The notes under the pieces: generated by a model | Seen by the model: only the letters and a program-made list of their open reading frames with translations | Told to the model about the DNA's origin: nothing | The model's database searches: none | Part shown: positions 47,601 to 60,300 of the stretch, in pieces | Position numbering within the stretch: position 1 is the first letter of the stretch | Layout of the letters: each line of letters begins with the position of its first letter | Source: Euglena gracilis | Lineage: Eukaryota | Length of the DNA stretch: 64,000 bases | Assembly: GCA_039621445.1 (NCBI GenBank) | Contig: CP154954.1 | Span: 18,010,589 to 18,074,588 of the forward strand | Direction: 5' to 3' | Made by a program: the position numbers and the translations under genes

Positions 47601-50600
47601 TTTTGTGTGCGTGCGGATAATTGCTTGGAGTTCTGAGATTTTGGCCCAACGTTTTGGCCAACGTTTTTGGCAACAGGAGAATACCTCCCCCCGAACAACT
47701 CCCTGTCCAATTCTTTGGTTTATGTCCCCAATTGTTGTGATGCTTTTTCAAGTAACACACAGAACACATAAGATTGCCCTTGTGACTGACTGATTCTGAT
47801 GACACACCCAAAATTAATACCCCCCTTGACTCCGATTGTCCATTCTGACTTGTTGGCTTAACCCCCCAAGGAAGATCTTTCTTTTTCACCACGCACCGGG
47901 CCAACTCCCTCCCTACTCTTCATTACCCCACAGAGCGCAAAGACTCGCACCCTCAAAACCCCTCACGTGAGCCACAAGGCATACCACTGAAAGCTCATCA
48001 CGCCAAACATGTGATTATGTGTGGCATGCCCCCCGAGGAAATCACCAAATCAACCCCCATTAACGGCCCACACCCCCAACTACTGGATTTTTGAGGTGAG
48101 CATTTCCTAGAGCCCCACGCGACACCACACACACGCAATTGACTCTCTCCTTTTTGATGTGCCATCCCGTGCCCCCCCCACTCAAGTCTCAATTCTGTGG
48201 GGTGTTTTTGGCTCATGGCCAGTCGGCGGCGCCAATGCATGCTCCAATGCCCTGGCCCAGCCCCAACCCCAGTCAAGGCCCTGTTGTCTGGCAGATCCAG
48301 GGCTGCAGAGGGGATTGCACGCGCAGCCACCCTCCTCAGCTGATTTAAGGCCCCATCACCAACTCGTTAACACCCCCCTGGTCACCCCTCTGCTCATCCC
48401 AAAATTCAGAAAGCGACATTTTCGGCATGATCATTCGCCTACGCACACAACCCTCCCCCCATCGTCCATATTTTTCTCATCCTCCCCTGTGTTTCTTTCC
48501 TCTGCCCATCTCTGGGTGCACTCTGATGTCCCCCTCCCCAATCAAGCATTTCCCCAGGTTGGGCACCAGACCGGCCAGGTCAAGCGCATGGCCGCCGCTG
48601 AATGGTGGCCAGGCCTGGCCCCATAAACGGACCCTGGCTGCACAAGCGCCATGTTTTCTATGCATACCCGCATGGCCTTAAATTTCTGTCTTTTCCTTGG
48701 CATTTCTGTTCCTTTTTGTTTTCTTTTTTTCTTTTTTCTTTTTTTTTTGCAGGCTCCTAGAACCTTGGGTCCTGGGATTCTATGTTCTATCCCACGACCC
48801 ATCTTTACAGACAGCTGCAGCTCTGATGACCCCCCCTCCGCATCTCACAAATCACTCACAACAACAAATCCCTCATCCCCGACCCAGAACGTGTCCCAAA
48901 ATCCCCCCCCAGCCTAGACCCACCACATTTTGAGGCGCACATTCTTCGAGCTGCCCAGAGATTTCCCTGGGTGAACCCCCTCCCCGCACGCGGTGCCACG
49001 CTCACAATTGATTCTGTCTCTTTCCATGTGTCATCCCACTCCCTCCTCCCCTGTCCAATTTTGACCCTGTGGGGTGGCTTTGGCCATGCTGGCTGGCAGC
49101 GCTGGTGTATGCTTCAATGTCCTGGCCTGGCCCCAACCATGGATTCTGTGAAAACAGGGCTGCACGTGTGCCTGTTTTGCTTATTTATTTTCAGTGCATC
49201 CCCTATTAACCCCGCCGTAGCACCAGGGCCCAGAGGGGTAGCATGCGCATCCACCCCCCCCCAGCCGTCTCAAGACCCCACCGTCAACTCACTAGCACCC
49301 CCAGTCACCCTCCGCCCATATCAGCATTCAGAGAGTGCCATTTTCAGGCGTGACCCGGTGATGTCACACAACGCCCCCTCTTACTTGAACACTGCACCAT
49401 GCGCTTGCGTGCATCCCCCCACCCCTCCGCCGGCCTGGCACATGGTCCATCGCTGGGCCGGGGTCGGGCTTGGACCAGTACTGTGCACGTGTCCCTTGCC
49501 AGCCTGTGGGAGGCATGTGCCCGACCGGGCCCGCCTGGGCAGGTGCCCAAATCGGCCTTGAAGGGGACGTCAGATGGCACTGTGAGGTGGGCAGTAGCGA
49601 TGGAGGGGGTAGATGTCAGACATATGGATGGTACAAGCCCGACCTTTCTTCTGATTGCACCATGGCCCTGACTTTTTTTTGCCCTTTTATTTTATTGTAT
49701 TTTTTTTGCTTTATATTCTTCTTCTCCTTCTCCCTTTTTTTTGCAGGTTGCCAGAAGCCAGGTTCAAGTAATTTTGTATTGCACCACATGATCCCCCCCT
49801 CCCCAGTCTGCATCACTCACGACAACCGAACCCCCCCTCTGGCCTTTTGGATGCTTTTCAAATCGCACAACCACAACCAGGTCTAACACTATTAGGAGGT
49901 GCAAAATGTTTCAGGAAAGACCAGACCATGCATCACCGAGCCTGTGCCCCCCCCCCCAGGGCCCTTGGCCCGCCAACGCACCTCCTCCTGTATTGGGGTG
50001 CTGCATTGTCTTCCCGGCCCACCTCTCGGCCCTTGCGGCCGTCTTCAACTCGTTGTTCTCTCAGTCCCTGCGGCCATCGTCCAATCGATGTTCTCTCGGT
50101 TCCTGCTGCCGTCATCTACTCGATGTTCTCTCGGTCCCTGCGGCCTGTCATCATCGGCAAGGTCACCAGATGTTTTGTGGCGGTTGTCCAGTGAGGCTGT
50201 CAGGCAGGCATTTTCTTGTCACCATTTCTTCCCATGTGACCACCCCCAACACCCACCCCTGATCAGGGCGGTAGGCTGACCACCCGCTCCCCCTCCTCCT
50301 GCCACCCACCCCCCCCGTGCGCATTACAATTGCCTTGTCTCTCCACCATACCCCCATGCTGAAGGTGTCTGTTGGGGAGCGCAATGCAGCGCTGGCCCTT
50401 ATCCGAGCCTGTCTCCCGACGCCGCAGTTCAGCACCCATGAAGGTGAACATGAAGGGTCGTCAGACCCCACCAATAGGACAACGAAATTTAGCTGGCCTT
50501 GGGAGGGATCCAAGCCTTCCATAGACTGGTAACATCCTCCGGGCAGGGCGGCCAGCGGTCCCCATTGAAAGCCCGGCGTAAGATATATGGGTCTCAGGTG

Positions 50601-51556
50601 TCGGTTCGGCGCAGGGCGTCCGCGGCTGCCTGCCAGGAGTACAGCTCGCATGGCCGTTGGAGCTAGTCGCCAGATCCCCACATGACTGCTGGCCTCCTCT
50701 AGTCGAGTGCCCCCCGCCGAATATTATCCACAAAACCTGCCCTGCTGCACACCCGGCAAAATGTGCCTCCATGGTACCAGTGCACAGCCATCAGCTGTGG
50801 ACAGGTACCAGGAACCTGCTTAGAATCTACACCACTTTTCCAAACCCCCCCTCTCCTTGCTGCCCGTCTGCCACAGCGCAGGCATGCACTCGCCGCACCT
50901 ACACCCACGGCAGTGATCTGGGTAAGCTGGCTGGGGGTTGTGTTGGGGAATTACTATTCCCTAGTGCCCCCTATGTGAAGGCCACCTTCTGCAACCTCGT
51001 CATGTGATGGTGGAAAGACCTCCACCAACCACCCCGCCCCCGGGCCTTGCAACCCAGCCCGAGCCCGCCGGCCAGCTGCATGCTCCCCAGCCGCGGCTAC
51101 TCGCCGCATCACCGCCCCCTTGTCGGTCAGCCGCCTGCCCTCCCAGGACTCCACCCCCCCCCCCCCCTCCAGCAGCAGGTCGGCCCCCAAGCCCAGCCCC
51201 CAGGCCGCAACGCAGCCGCCACCAACTCCTGCCGCACAATGCCCGCCGACCCACCTGCGCAGCTTGTAGCCATTCCCCCACCCTCCGCCGCTCAGGCAAC
51301 CATTCTTGGTGATGAACTCAGCGCCGCTGTCCGACTTGGGAGAGCACTACCTATGGACCTCGTCGCCATGGGGTTCGTGGATTTTCAGTGCTGCCTGGAC
51401 AGCTGGGATTGCTGTGGACATTCCAGCCCCCCTCCCCTAGCCCGTCTTACATACCACCCATCCCGCCAGTGTATAGTTATTCCCCCAATGGCATATGCTG
51501 GGTCAGCGGCAGGGAGCCTCAAACCCCCCGCTTTTGTCCTTAAGCAAAGTGCCTCC

Positions 51557-52807
51557 TCACCGCAGGAGAACGAAGAAGAACGTTTCCTTTTCCTCCATTT
51601 CCTCCTCTTTCCTCTGACCCAGCCGGTGTTGGACGGGGGTTCTCGTACTCCCTCGAGGCAGACCGAGAAGGGAGGAAGGGACACCGAGGGCGAAGCACAA
51701 AGACATTGTGAGGCCATGCCTCGCTCGCCGGCGGTTTGTTGTGATTGTTTTGGTGAGCTGGGTTAGGAGGTCCCGCTTAGTGCCGCCTCGCCGGAGTTGG
51801 CTGCATTGTCTCCGACGTGGCGACCATGGCGCTGTTTCTTTGCTTGGGGGGGTCCCCCCCACCTCCCCCCCCCCCTGGCCCCCATCTTCTGATCGAGGGC
51901 GTTTGAAGACAAATTTTCTTATATGGGTGGGGGGGTCGGGCTCACAATGTCTTTGTGCTTCGCCCTCGGTGTCCCTTCCTCCCTTCTCGGTCTGCCTCGA
52001 GGGAGTACGAAACACCTCGGGCTCCGCACTTTGCCATTGTGAGGCCAGATTGTGCACTGAAAAAAGCGGGGCCAGGGCATCCTCCAAAGAACCTTGGGCA
52101 CCAAGTCTTTGATAATGGGCTGTGAAAGCCTCCACCCCCTTCCATTGACCAATTTCACAAACTTCTTGGTCAGAAAGGCCCAATTTTTTTAGCAACCCAA
52201 TCCCTGCCCCTCTGGTGGAGTGGGGTCCCCAAACCTGGGGGGGTACCCCCTGTTTGGTCAAAAAGTCTTTGGTGATAGAAGCAATGGTATCTGCCTTAAT
52301 GGCTTTGTAGGGGGGTTTTAACGTAATTAAAAGGGGGCCCCCAGGTTTCATAAAGAAACGTGTTGCTGCCACATAAGACAACATTAAATGAAAGGGGCTG
52401 ATTTGGGGGCATTGGGGAATGGAGACAACTCGCTCCCACTTGTGGAGTTTTTGACCTTTACGGTTAATTTTGATGTAGGGTGCCCCCCCCAACACACTGG
52501 TGGTTCTTTGGACCTGTGCCAAATCAGAACTTCTGTATAAACAGAGGATTCGTGAACAGAAAATGAGTTGTGTACGCAATGTACATATATCAGAGGGCAG
52601 GGGGGACTGTGCCAGCCCCAGGAGGATTGGGAGGGGATCCCAGAATGCACCATATTTCTCCAGGTTTTGGTTCCAAAGCCTTTTGTAAGGTGCCAACATG
52701 GCATGGAACCTCAGGCCCCCAAAGCCAGGGATCAATAGCATAGCACTGTATGCATTGCGTGCTTGGGCCTTTGAAAATTGGAACAGTTGAATTAAAGCGT
52801 CAACCAC
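51557..52807 (-). CDS. E4 tyrosine recombinase (catalytic part)
   Basis: YRSSDL, HSTRG, GQW, AHY. The ORF reads on through the ICR/ITR. Confidence 0.9.
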   Translation of the reverse strand: MVDALIQLFQFSKAQARNAYSAMLLIPGFGGLRFHAMLAPYKRLWNQNLEKYGAFWDPLPILLGLAQSPLPSDICTLRTQLIFCSRILCLYRSSDLAQVQRTTSVLGGAPYIKINRKGQKLHKWERVVSIPQCPQISPFHLMLSYVAATRFFMKPGGPLLITLKPPYKAIKADTIASITKDFLTKQGVPPQVWGPHSTRGAGIGLLKKLGLSDQEVCEIGQWKGVEAFTAHYQRLGAQGSLEDALAPLFSVHNLASQWQSAEPEVFRTPSRQTEKGGRDTEGEAQRHCEPDPPTHIRKFVFKRPRSEDGGQGGGEVGGTPPSKETAPWSPRRRQCSQLRRGGTKRDLLTQLTKTITTNRRRARHGLTMSLCFALGVPSSLLGLPRGSTRTPVQHRLGQRKEEEMEEKETFFFVLLR

Positions 52808-55800
52808 TTGGTCAGTGGTGGCTTCAGGGGGGGGGTACCCCCATTTTTTCCAGAATCACCCATAAAAGCGTAAAGGCACTTTGGTACCTTTTCAAACTGG
52901 GGTTTCTTCCCAGGAAATCTGTAATGGTTGAATTTTGTATTTGTTTCCCCTCCAAAATTTGCCTGAGCAAATCATGCAAAGGAGGGGCCACCTGGGGGGT
53001 GGCATTTTTTCCCCCCTGCAATTGGTGAACATACCCATGTAGGGGGTGATTTTCAGGCAGGGGGTCCCTGGAACTTTCATTTTTATTAACTGGGGCCACC
53101 ATGTGGCTGAATCCCAGTAGGGGGTGACCATCAAAACTTTGGCCTGTGGAAACATTTTTAATCTGGGGAGAAATTTTTGGATTACAGACCAGGGGGGGTT
53201 TGCATAAAGATCCCCCATGTTGTCCAGTGGACATTGTAATGCATCCACTGCTGTGGCTCCCCAGTGGGGCCACCTGGCCACAAATTGTGGCAGTTTTTTG
53301 TTGCCTGGTGAGGCAAAAAGGTCTGTTTTTAGGCTGATGTAATTTTTGAACTGCTGTCTCAGCCACTGAAAAAGTTGGGACTCCAGTGAGTAATCCCCCC
53401 TGTCCATTTCCCACCTGCTTATGGGGTCTGCCAGGCAGTCTTTGGAGGGGACCCACTTTACTTGCAGGTTTATGTTGTGTTCCATGCACCATTTGAAGAA
53501 GGGTCTTAGCATGGAATTGAAAGGGTCCTTTCTGCCCCCCCCCCCTTTTGTTAAGTAATAGTAAATTACTTGATTGTCCACGGATAGGGACACAGTTTCC
53601 CCTGGCTGGCTGAGGCTTTGTACTGTGCTTATTGCTGCACTTAATTCTTTGACATTTATGTGCAAAATGGAGTTTTCCCTCCAAAATTCTTGCACAATTT
53701 TGCCTGTTCGAATGTCCAGCCCCCCCCAGGCATGGGTACTGCTGTCTGAGTGCAACTCCCTGGTTGCATTTTGGGGGAAGGGTCTGCCCCCCAGGTGTCC
53801 AGCAGAATTTTTATTTCCTTTAATTGGTCCTTTATTCTTTGGGAAATGGGATGTTTTGAGTCCCAGGGGGCTGTGGAATTTTCCACCAAAAAATTTGCCA
53901 GGGCATCCGTAAAGGCCCTTAGAAAGGGCAGGGTCATTAGATTGCATCTGATTTGGCCCAAAATGGCAGCCAGTTGCCTTTTTGACATGTAATCTTTTTC
54001 CACCGTTTTTCCCAGCTCCTTTTTTACTGTTTTTATTTTCTGGGGGGGCACCTGTAATTTTCCCTCTTGGAAGTTTAGCTGAAAGCCAAGATGATTGACG
54101 ATTTGGGTGGGCTGCAGGGTGGACTTTTTCACATTGATTTTGAATCCTGATTTGATTAAATCCCTGACCACTGTGTTCAGGTGATTTTGTAAGATGAGTT
54201 GTGTTGGGGCCACCAGTAAAATGTCGTCCAGGTAAATAAATACCTGGATGCCTCTTTTCCTCCACAGTTTTTCGAATGTCTTCATTACTGACATGAAAAT
54301 TTGGGGCATTACATTCAGGCCAAAACAGCCTGCCTGGAATTCCCAGGTCTGCCCCCCCACCTGATGCCTTAAAAATGGCCTTAGGCCTGGACTTACTGGA
54401 ATATGAAAATAGGCATCCTTCAGGTCTATTTTTGCTGCCCAGTGGCCTTTTTCCAAAACTGGAAAAATGTGCTGGATGTGATCCAGCTTGAAAGGTTTCA
54501 CTTGGAACCTTTGATTTATTTCCCTGCAATCGCTTATTAATCTCCATTTTGTCTGCCCCCCCTCTGGTTTTGAAATCAGAAACCAGGGGATCAGGTGCTG
54601 GGTGGTTGAATCCCTCACCCTCTTTATGGATCCAGATTTTCCAGTAGTATTTCAGATCCAGATCCAGCAGTATTTTTTCTGCTTGGGGTAAGTTCAAATT
54701 TGCCGTGATTTTTGGGTGGGTGGATATTTTTGGTGGGCTGACCCAGGGGGGTTGAATGCCATCCCTGATGAGTTGACATGTTGTTGGGGGGGCATTTTTT
54801 GCCCACCATTTCAAGCTTTTTTGCAGCCTTTGATGGAGGGGGGTGTCTCCCCATTTTTCTTCCATGGAATTTATTTCCTGGATAAGATGATTTTGGGGGG
54901 GCTGGGCTGGAGATGTTGGACATTTTAGGCTTTTTTGCAACCTTTGATGGAGGGGGGTGTCTCCCCATATTTCCTCCATTGAATTTATTTTCTGGGTAAG
55001 ATGATTCTGGTGGGGCTGGGCTGGGGGTGTTGGACATTGCACCCCTAGGTCCCCTAGGGCTTGGGCCCTTGTAAAAGGAAATTTTTTCTGGGGGGATGTG
55101 CATGCACTCTCTCCCTCTCTGCTCACCTCTCTGGATGATCTTGTTGTTGGAAGACATACCATAGGGCTTAATGCCCCTGTTTGGCCTATCTGGTCTTCTC
55201 CATGTTGATGTGGTTGGTTGACATACCATAGGGGGGCCTCTGTGGGTCCCCCCCTTGATTGATTGATCGGGAATTGAGAAATAAATGTTGGAGGGGTTTC
55301 TGCCTCTCCCTCCAAAAGGGCCACTGTGGGTCCCTTTTCCTCCTGGGGCTGGGTCATTGAAAGGGCCACTGTGGGTCCCTTTATCCCCCATTGTTGGCAG
55401 AGGGCCACTGTGGGTCCCTCGGGGGATTTCTCCAGCAGCATCCTTAGCTTCTTGGTGGCCACTGTGGGTCCACCCTGCTGGTTCCTTAGCTTCTTGGTGG
55501 CCACTGTGGGTCCACCCTGCTGGTCTCCAAGGTTTCCATGTATAAATTTTTTTCCATAATCCATCTTGTAGGTCTTCCAGGCCTTGATTTCTTTCTTGGC
55601 CTCCAACCCCATTGGAAATCTGGGGGGGCTGCTGTGGCCCCCCCTTGTCCCCTTGAGAGGGGCTGTTGTGATAGATGAATTGGGGGGGTTGGACAGACCT
55701 TTTCTGCCCCTTCCTGAGGGGATTTGCTTGTGAAACTGGCCCCCATGGCCCCTGTGGTGTTGACCTCCTTGGCCTTGATTCCATCTCCCCATCTTCTGGC

Positions 55801-56426
55801 CAATTGGTGCCCAGGTTGCTGGGCGCCTTTGGGGGAGATGCCCCTGATGTGTGGGCTTTGATTGTCCAATTGTGTAGCATTTTGGGCCCCCATGGCCCAG
55901 TCTTTGCCCACGAAGGGCTGGGGCTGGCTTCTGTCTTCTGGGCCTTCTGGCCACAGTGGTCCAAGGACCGTGGCCGTCACTGGGGGGGGTTTTGGGCTGT
56001 GAAATTTCTGGGGTGGGGGGCTGGGTGGGAAGAACAGCCACGGTTTGCCACGTGTTGACCGCATCTCCAAGGTCTCCTTCTGCTGCGGCCACTCCTCCAG
56101 GACGTCCGTGGCCATATAATTCCAATTTCTTCTCCACTGCATTGCTCATCGAAGTCGAATTTGACAATTGAATTCTCAATTGATGTTCGTCTGGTTCGTG
56201 TTCTTCTGGATATTTAATTGATATTGACTTCTCTTCCCAGTTCTTCCTCGTTTGTGAACTCTGTTCCTGTCTTCTGGGTGTCGAAGGGCAAGTTAAGAAT
56301 CAGCCAACTCCGGCGAAAAAAGGCACTAAGCGGGACCTCCTAACCCAGCGCACCAAAACAATCACAACAAACCGCCGGCGAGCGAGGCATGGCCTCACAA
56401 TGGCAAAGTGCGAAGCCCGAGGTGTC
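51643..56426 (-). mobile_element. DIRS1-like element E4 (family A), full-length, close relative of E3
   Basis: Termini GACACCTCGGG (56426) and GGGAGTACGA (51643); ICR ~51941-52046; RT, RH, MT, YR. Confidence 0.95.
52892..54618 (-). pseudogene. E4 RT (53656..54618) and RNase H/MT (52892..~53790), one frameshift in a G-run
   Basis: FIYLDD; HSDSS, HINVKEL, LADPISR; DLFAS, YANPPW. Confidence 0.92.
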
Positions 56427-56561
56427 CACTCCCGCCCCCACCGCCCCACCCGCGGACTAGTCTCCTGACCATTCGGGCTCCGCACTGCGAGATGGTGAGG
56501 TCCTGCTTTCCTTGCCGGCTGTTCTGTTCTGGTGTGTTTGTGCGTGCGCGGGGGGTGCTTC

Positions 56562-57323
56562 TTACTGCGCCTTTGTTGCCGGAGTTGGCGATGATGAGGC
56601 CTCCTCCGACACCTTGGCGAAGCTGAACCGCCGTGGCCCCGCCCCCCCCCTCTCCCATGGTCGCTTGGTGGGGGGCCCCCCCCCTGATGGGGATGGTGGT
56701 CTCTTTCTGTGTTTCTGGGTGGGTGGTTGGGGCTGCTTGGTCGGGGGTCCCCTTTCTGGTTGGGATGTCTTTCGTTTTCTGCTGATTTTTTGGGTGGGAG
56801 GGTTGGGCTCACCATCTTCTTGTGCTTCGCCCTCTTGGTCCCTTCCTCCCCCTTCCTCTGTCGTGGGAGTCCGAGACCATTCGGGCTCCGCACTGCGAGA
56901 TGGTGAGGTACTGTGCACCCCCCTTTGGGCCATAATATTTTGAATTTTTGATACGACCCCAAGTCGCAAATAATGGGCTTGGAAGGCCCCAAAATTTTTC
57001 CACTGACCCAGCTGCTGGACTTCTTCCACTTGCAAACCAGCATTTTTCCACCATAAGACCCCAGCCCCTCTGGTGCTGTGGGGTTTCCAATGGGTGGTGT
57101 CCACCCCCCCCTCTTGCAGAATTTCTTTGGTAAGGGAATTCACCCTTTCTGATGTCAAAGGTCTTTTACCATCCAAAGACCATAACAAATTATTTTTGTG
57201 TCCAACCATGTGGGCTGTCCTTTCCACATATTCTTTCAATAAATGCCAGGGGCTGATGAGGGGGGTGTGTGGCAAATTCAAAATCTCCTCCCATCTTGGG
57301 AATTGCCACCCTTTCCTTTGCAA
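56562..57323 (-). CDS. E5 tyrosine recombinase C-terminal half
   Basis: ISPWHLL, HSTRG, GQW, AHY. Joined to the previous ORF by one frameshift in the homopolymer at ~57331-57341. Confidence 0.88.
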   Translation of the reverse strand: MQRKGWQFPRWEEILNLPHTPLISPWHLLKEYVERTAHMVGHKNNLLWSLDGKRPLTSERVNSLTKEILQEGGVDTTHWKPHSTRGAGVLWWKNAGLQVEEVQQLGQWKNFGAFQAHYLRLGVVSKIQNIMAQRGVHSTSPSRSAEPEWSRTPTTEEGGGRDQEGEAQEDGEPNPPTQKISRKRKTSQPERGPPTKQPQPPTQKHRKRPPSPSGGGPPTKRPWERGGAGPRRFSFAKVSEEASSSPTPATKAQ

Positions 57324-60300
57324 TAAAATGAAAATTTTTTTCTCCCACGAAACTGATTTTTCGCTGGGTTCTGGCTAAATCAACCCCCCTGTGGAGGGCT
57401 AACAGCCTCCAACAGATGATGAGTCTGTTTCTGAGCTCTTTCACAGACAGGTCTGAGAGGGGTTTGGATTTCCTGATGATGTTTTCTAAGAAATCAGTGG
57501 GGTCCCAGAAATGGGCATACTTGCAGACATTGGAATTCCACTTCCTTTTCAATGGAGACAAAAGAGGGGAAAACCTCAATGACCCAAACCCTGGGAGTAA
57601 TAAAACTGCTGCATATGCATTTCGTGCAGTGTTGAGGCTGTGGGCAGCCAAATCAAGGATGGCCTCGGCCATCTTGTGGACTGTGCAGTCCTGCAGGGGC
57701 ACCCCTTTGTGCAACAATTGGCCCACCAATGTCCTGAAGGCTGAATCATATCTTTTGACATTTCCCAGATTTTTTATGTAAGTGTCGATACTGGACATCG
57801 AAACTTCCTGGGATTGTAATATTTGCCTGACACAATCAAGCAGGCCAATTTCCACCTTGGGGGGGGCATCTCCTCCCCCCAGCAGTTGGTGAATAGACCC
57901 CATTGGGGGGGTACCAACAAAACTTTGCTGCCTGGCTTTCTGATTGCCATTAATTGGCGCCACCATGATGTTGAAGCCCAGTGGGGTACGATCAACAGAC
58001 AAGTCAGGTCTGGGTTTACCATTAATCTCTGAACCCATTGGGGAATGATGCTCCAGGGGGGGTTTGCATAAACTGGGGGGAGGCCCCTCAAATCTGCCTT
58101 CAAGGCATCCACCAGCAAAGCCCCTTGGTGGGGGTATCGACAAACAAACTTGGGGAATTTTTTGTTGCTGGGTGTGCAAAACATGTCCACCTCTGGGGTG
58201 ATGTCCTGTCTGAAAAATTTCAGGATTTGGTGAAAGATATGTAGGTTTAGGGTATAATCCCCTGGGTCCTTTTGCTCCCTGGTCAGGGAGTCTGCCAATT
58301 GCTCTTTTGTGGGAACCCAAACCACCTGCAAATTGATTTGCTTTTCTTGGCAATGATACAGCAGGGGTTTTAAAATGGAATTTAGGTAGGGCTTTTTGCC
58401 TCCCCATTTTGTTAGATAACTTACAGCCACTTGGCTGTCCACATGAAGCATTATGGTTTGTTTTGGTTTTGCCAGACTTTTTACTGTCTCCACTGCTGAC
58501 ATCAATTCTTTTTGGTTGATGTGAAGGATGTGCAGGTCCCTCCAAAAATCCTGCACTTTTTGGCCTGAGTTTTTGTCCAGCCCCCCCCACTGCCAGGTGC
58601 TGCTGTCTGAAAACAGATCCTGAGAGGCCTGGGATTGAAAGGCTCTGCCCACACCTGGCTGCAAAAACGCTTTTAACTCCACAATTTGATCTTTGACCCC
58701 CTTTGGAATGGTTAGGGTGTGGTCCCAACCCCACTTTGTGTGCAAATCCACCATTTTGCAAAGTTGATCTGTCAGAATTCTGAGAAATGGCATGGAGACT
58801 AAATAGCTTCTGACTTGCCCCACAATAGAGCTGAGTTTTCTGCAGCTCATTTTTTGTGCTGTGAGCACTTTTCCCAGCTCCTTTCTTAAGGATTTTAATT
58901 TTTCCTGTGGGATTTCCAGCTGGCCCTTTTTCAAATTGACCCACTGGCCCAAATGTTTTATTTCCTGTGTGGGTTCCAGACAGGATTTGGGGAGGTTTAA
59001 TCTGAAACCTGCCAATAAAAGGTCCTGCTTTATTTCTGCCAAATGTTGGGCTGCAGTCTTTTTGCTGGGGGCTAACAGCAAAATGTCGTCTAGGTAGATG
59101 AAAACTACCTTTCCCTCCTTTCTCCACTTCCTTTCCCAGACTCTCATGAGAGTCATAAATTTTTGTGGCAGGCTGCTTATACCAAAACATGCAGCTTGAA
59201 ACTGCCAAGTTTCCCCCCCCACTTGCATGCAGACATGTTTTTCCAGGCTGCTGTGCAGTTTTAGGTGAAAATAAGCATCTTTCAGATCTATTTTTCCACA
59301 GAACCATCCTTTTCTTAGGTATGGGAAAATGTTTCCCATGTGTTCCAGCCTGAACTTCTGGGGGGTGAAATAGTGATTTAACTGTCGACAATCTGAAATC
59401 AGTCTTTCCTTGGTCTTTTCCCCTTCTTTTTTGGAAATTATGAAGTAAGGGACAAAATGTTTTGCCTCCTCTGGGGGGATTTGCCTGGTTGCCCCTGCAC
59501 ATTCGTATTCTCTCAGAATTTTTTGGGCAGTCATTACTTCCTGGGGAGTTTTGAAGGGAACTTTTAAGGACATTTGAGGGGGGAGGGGAAGATCTGCCAT
59601 AACTCCCTCCCTTATCAGGTTTAATACCTCTCTGCTGGCTCCTGCCTTGACCCAATGGGGGATGCTGGTCTGCAGGGCTTTGTAAGGGGGTACCCCTGGG
59701 TGTAATGTGTCTGGGGACTCCACAGGCCCCATCACTGGGGTCCTTCCCCTTGGTTGCCCCATCACTGGGGTCACCCCTGGTTGCCCCATCACTGGGGCTG
59801 TAGCTGGCCCTGCCATAGGGCTTTCCAAAGACAGGCTTTCCCCCTGTTTGTGAATGATGGGGGAAGGTCTGTGCCTGAAATGAGGGGGTATATACAAGGC
59901 TGGGCTGATTATCTTCTGGGGGGGGCCTGTCTGAGCCAATCTTGGGCCTCCCCCCCAAGGGCTGATGTGGTGATTGCCTTGGCCACCATTTGCCTTCTGG
60001 CCTCCCCTGGCACTCAGGCCTGCTTGGCCACCATTTGCCTTCTGGCCTCCCTTGGCTCTCAGGCTTGCTTGGCCTCCATTGGCCTTTTCTCTGGGACTGT
60101 CTCTTCTCTGTCCCTCTTGATTTCCCATAAAGGCCACCATGGCCTGTTCTTGGCATTGGCTTGCCACTCCTGGGGGGTTTGTGTCTGAAATTGCTGGGGG
60201 GAAAGTTGGACACACCTTTCCCCAATGGGCTCTTTCCAGGTTGGGGTACTGGCTGCCATAGCCTGTCCCCTGGGCCCACTGCCCTCTTGAGTAATGGCTT

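Noticed and set aside
51047-51640. Coding-like ORF left of E4
   Set aside because: No recognisable family or exon structure.
52892-56179. 1095-aa ORF as a single protein
   Set aside because: Chimera of alternative frames created by indels; only the C-terminal RH/MT part is the pol frame.
24130-57260. Scattered CTGATGA words as hammerhead cores
   Set aside because: No matching stem II/GAAA arrangement seen.
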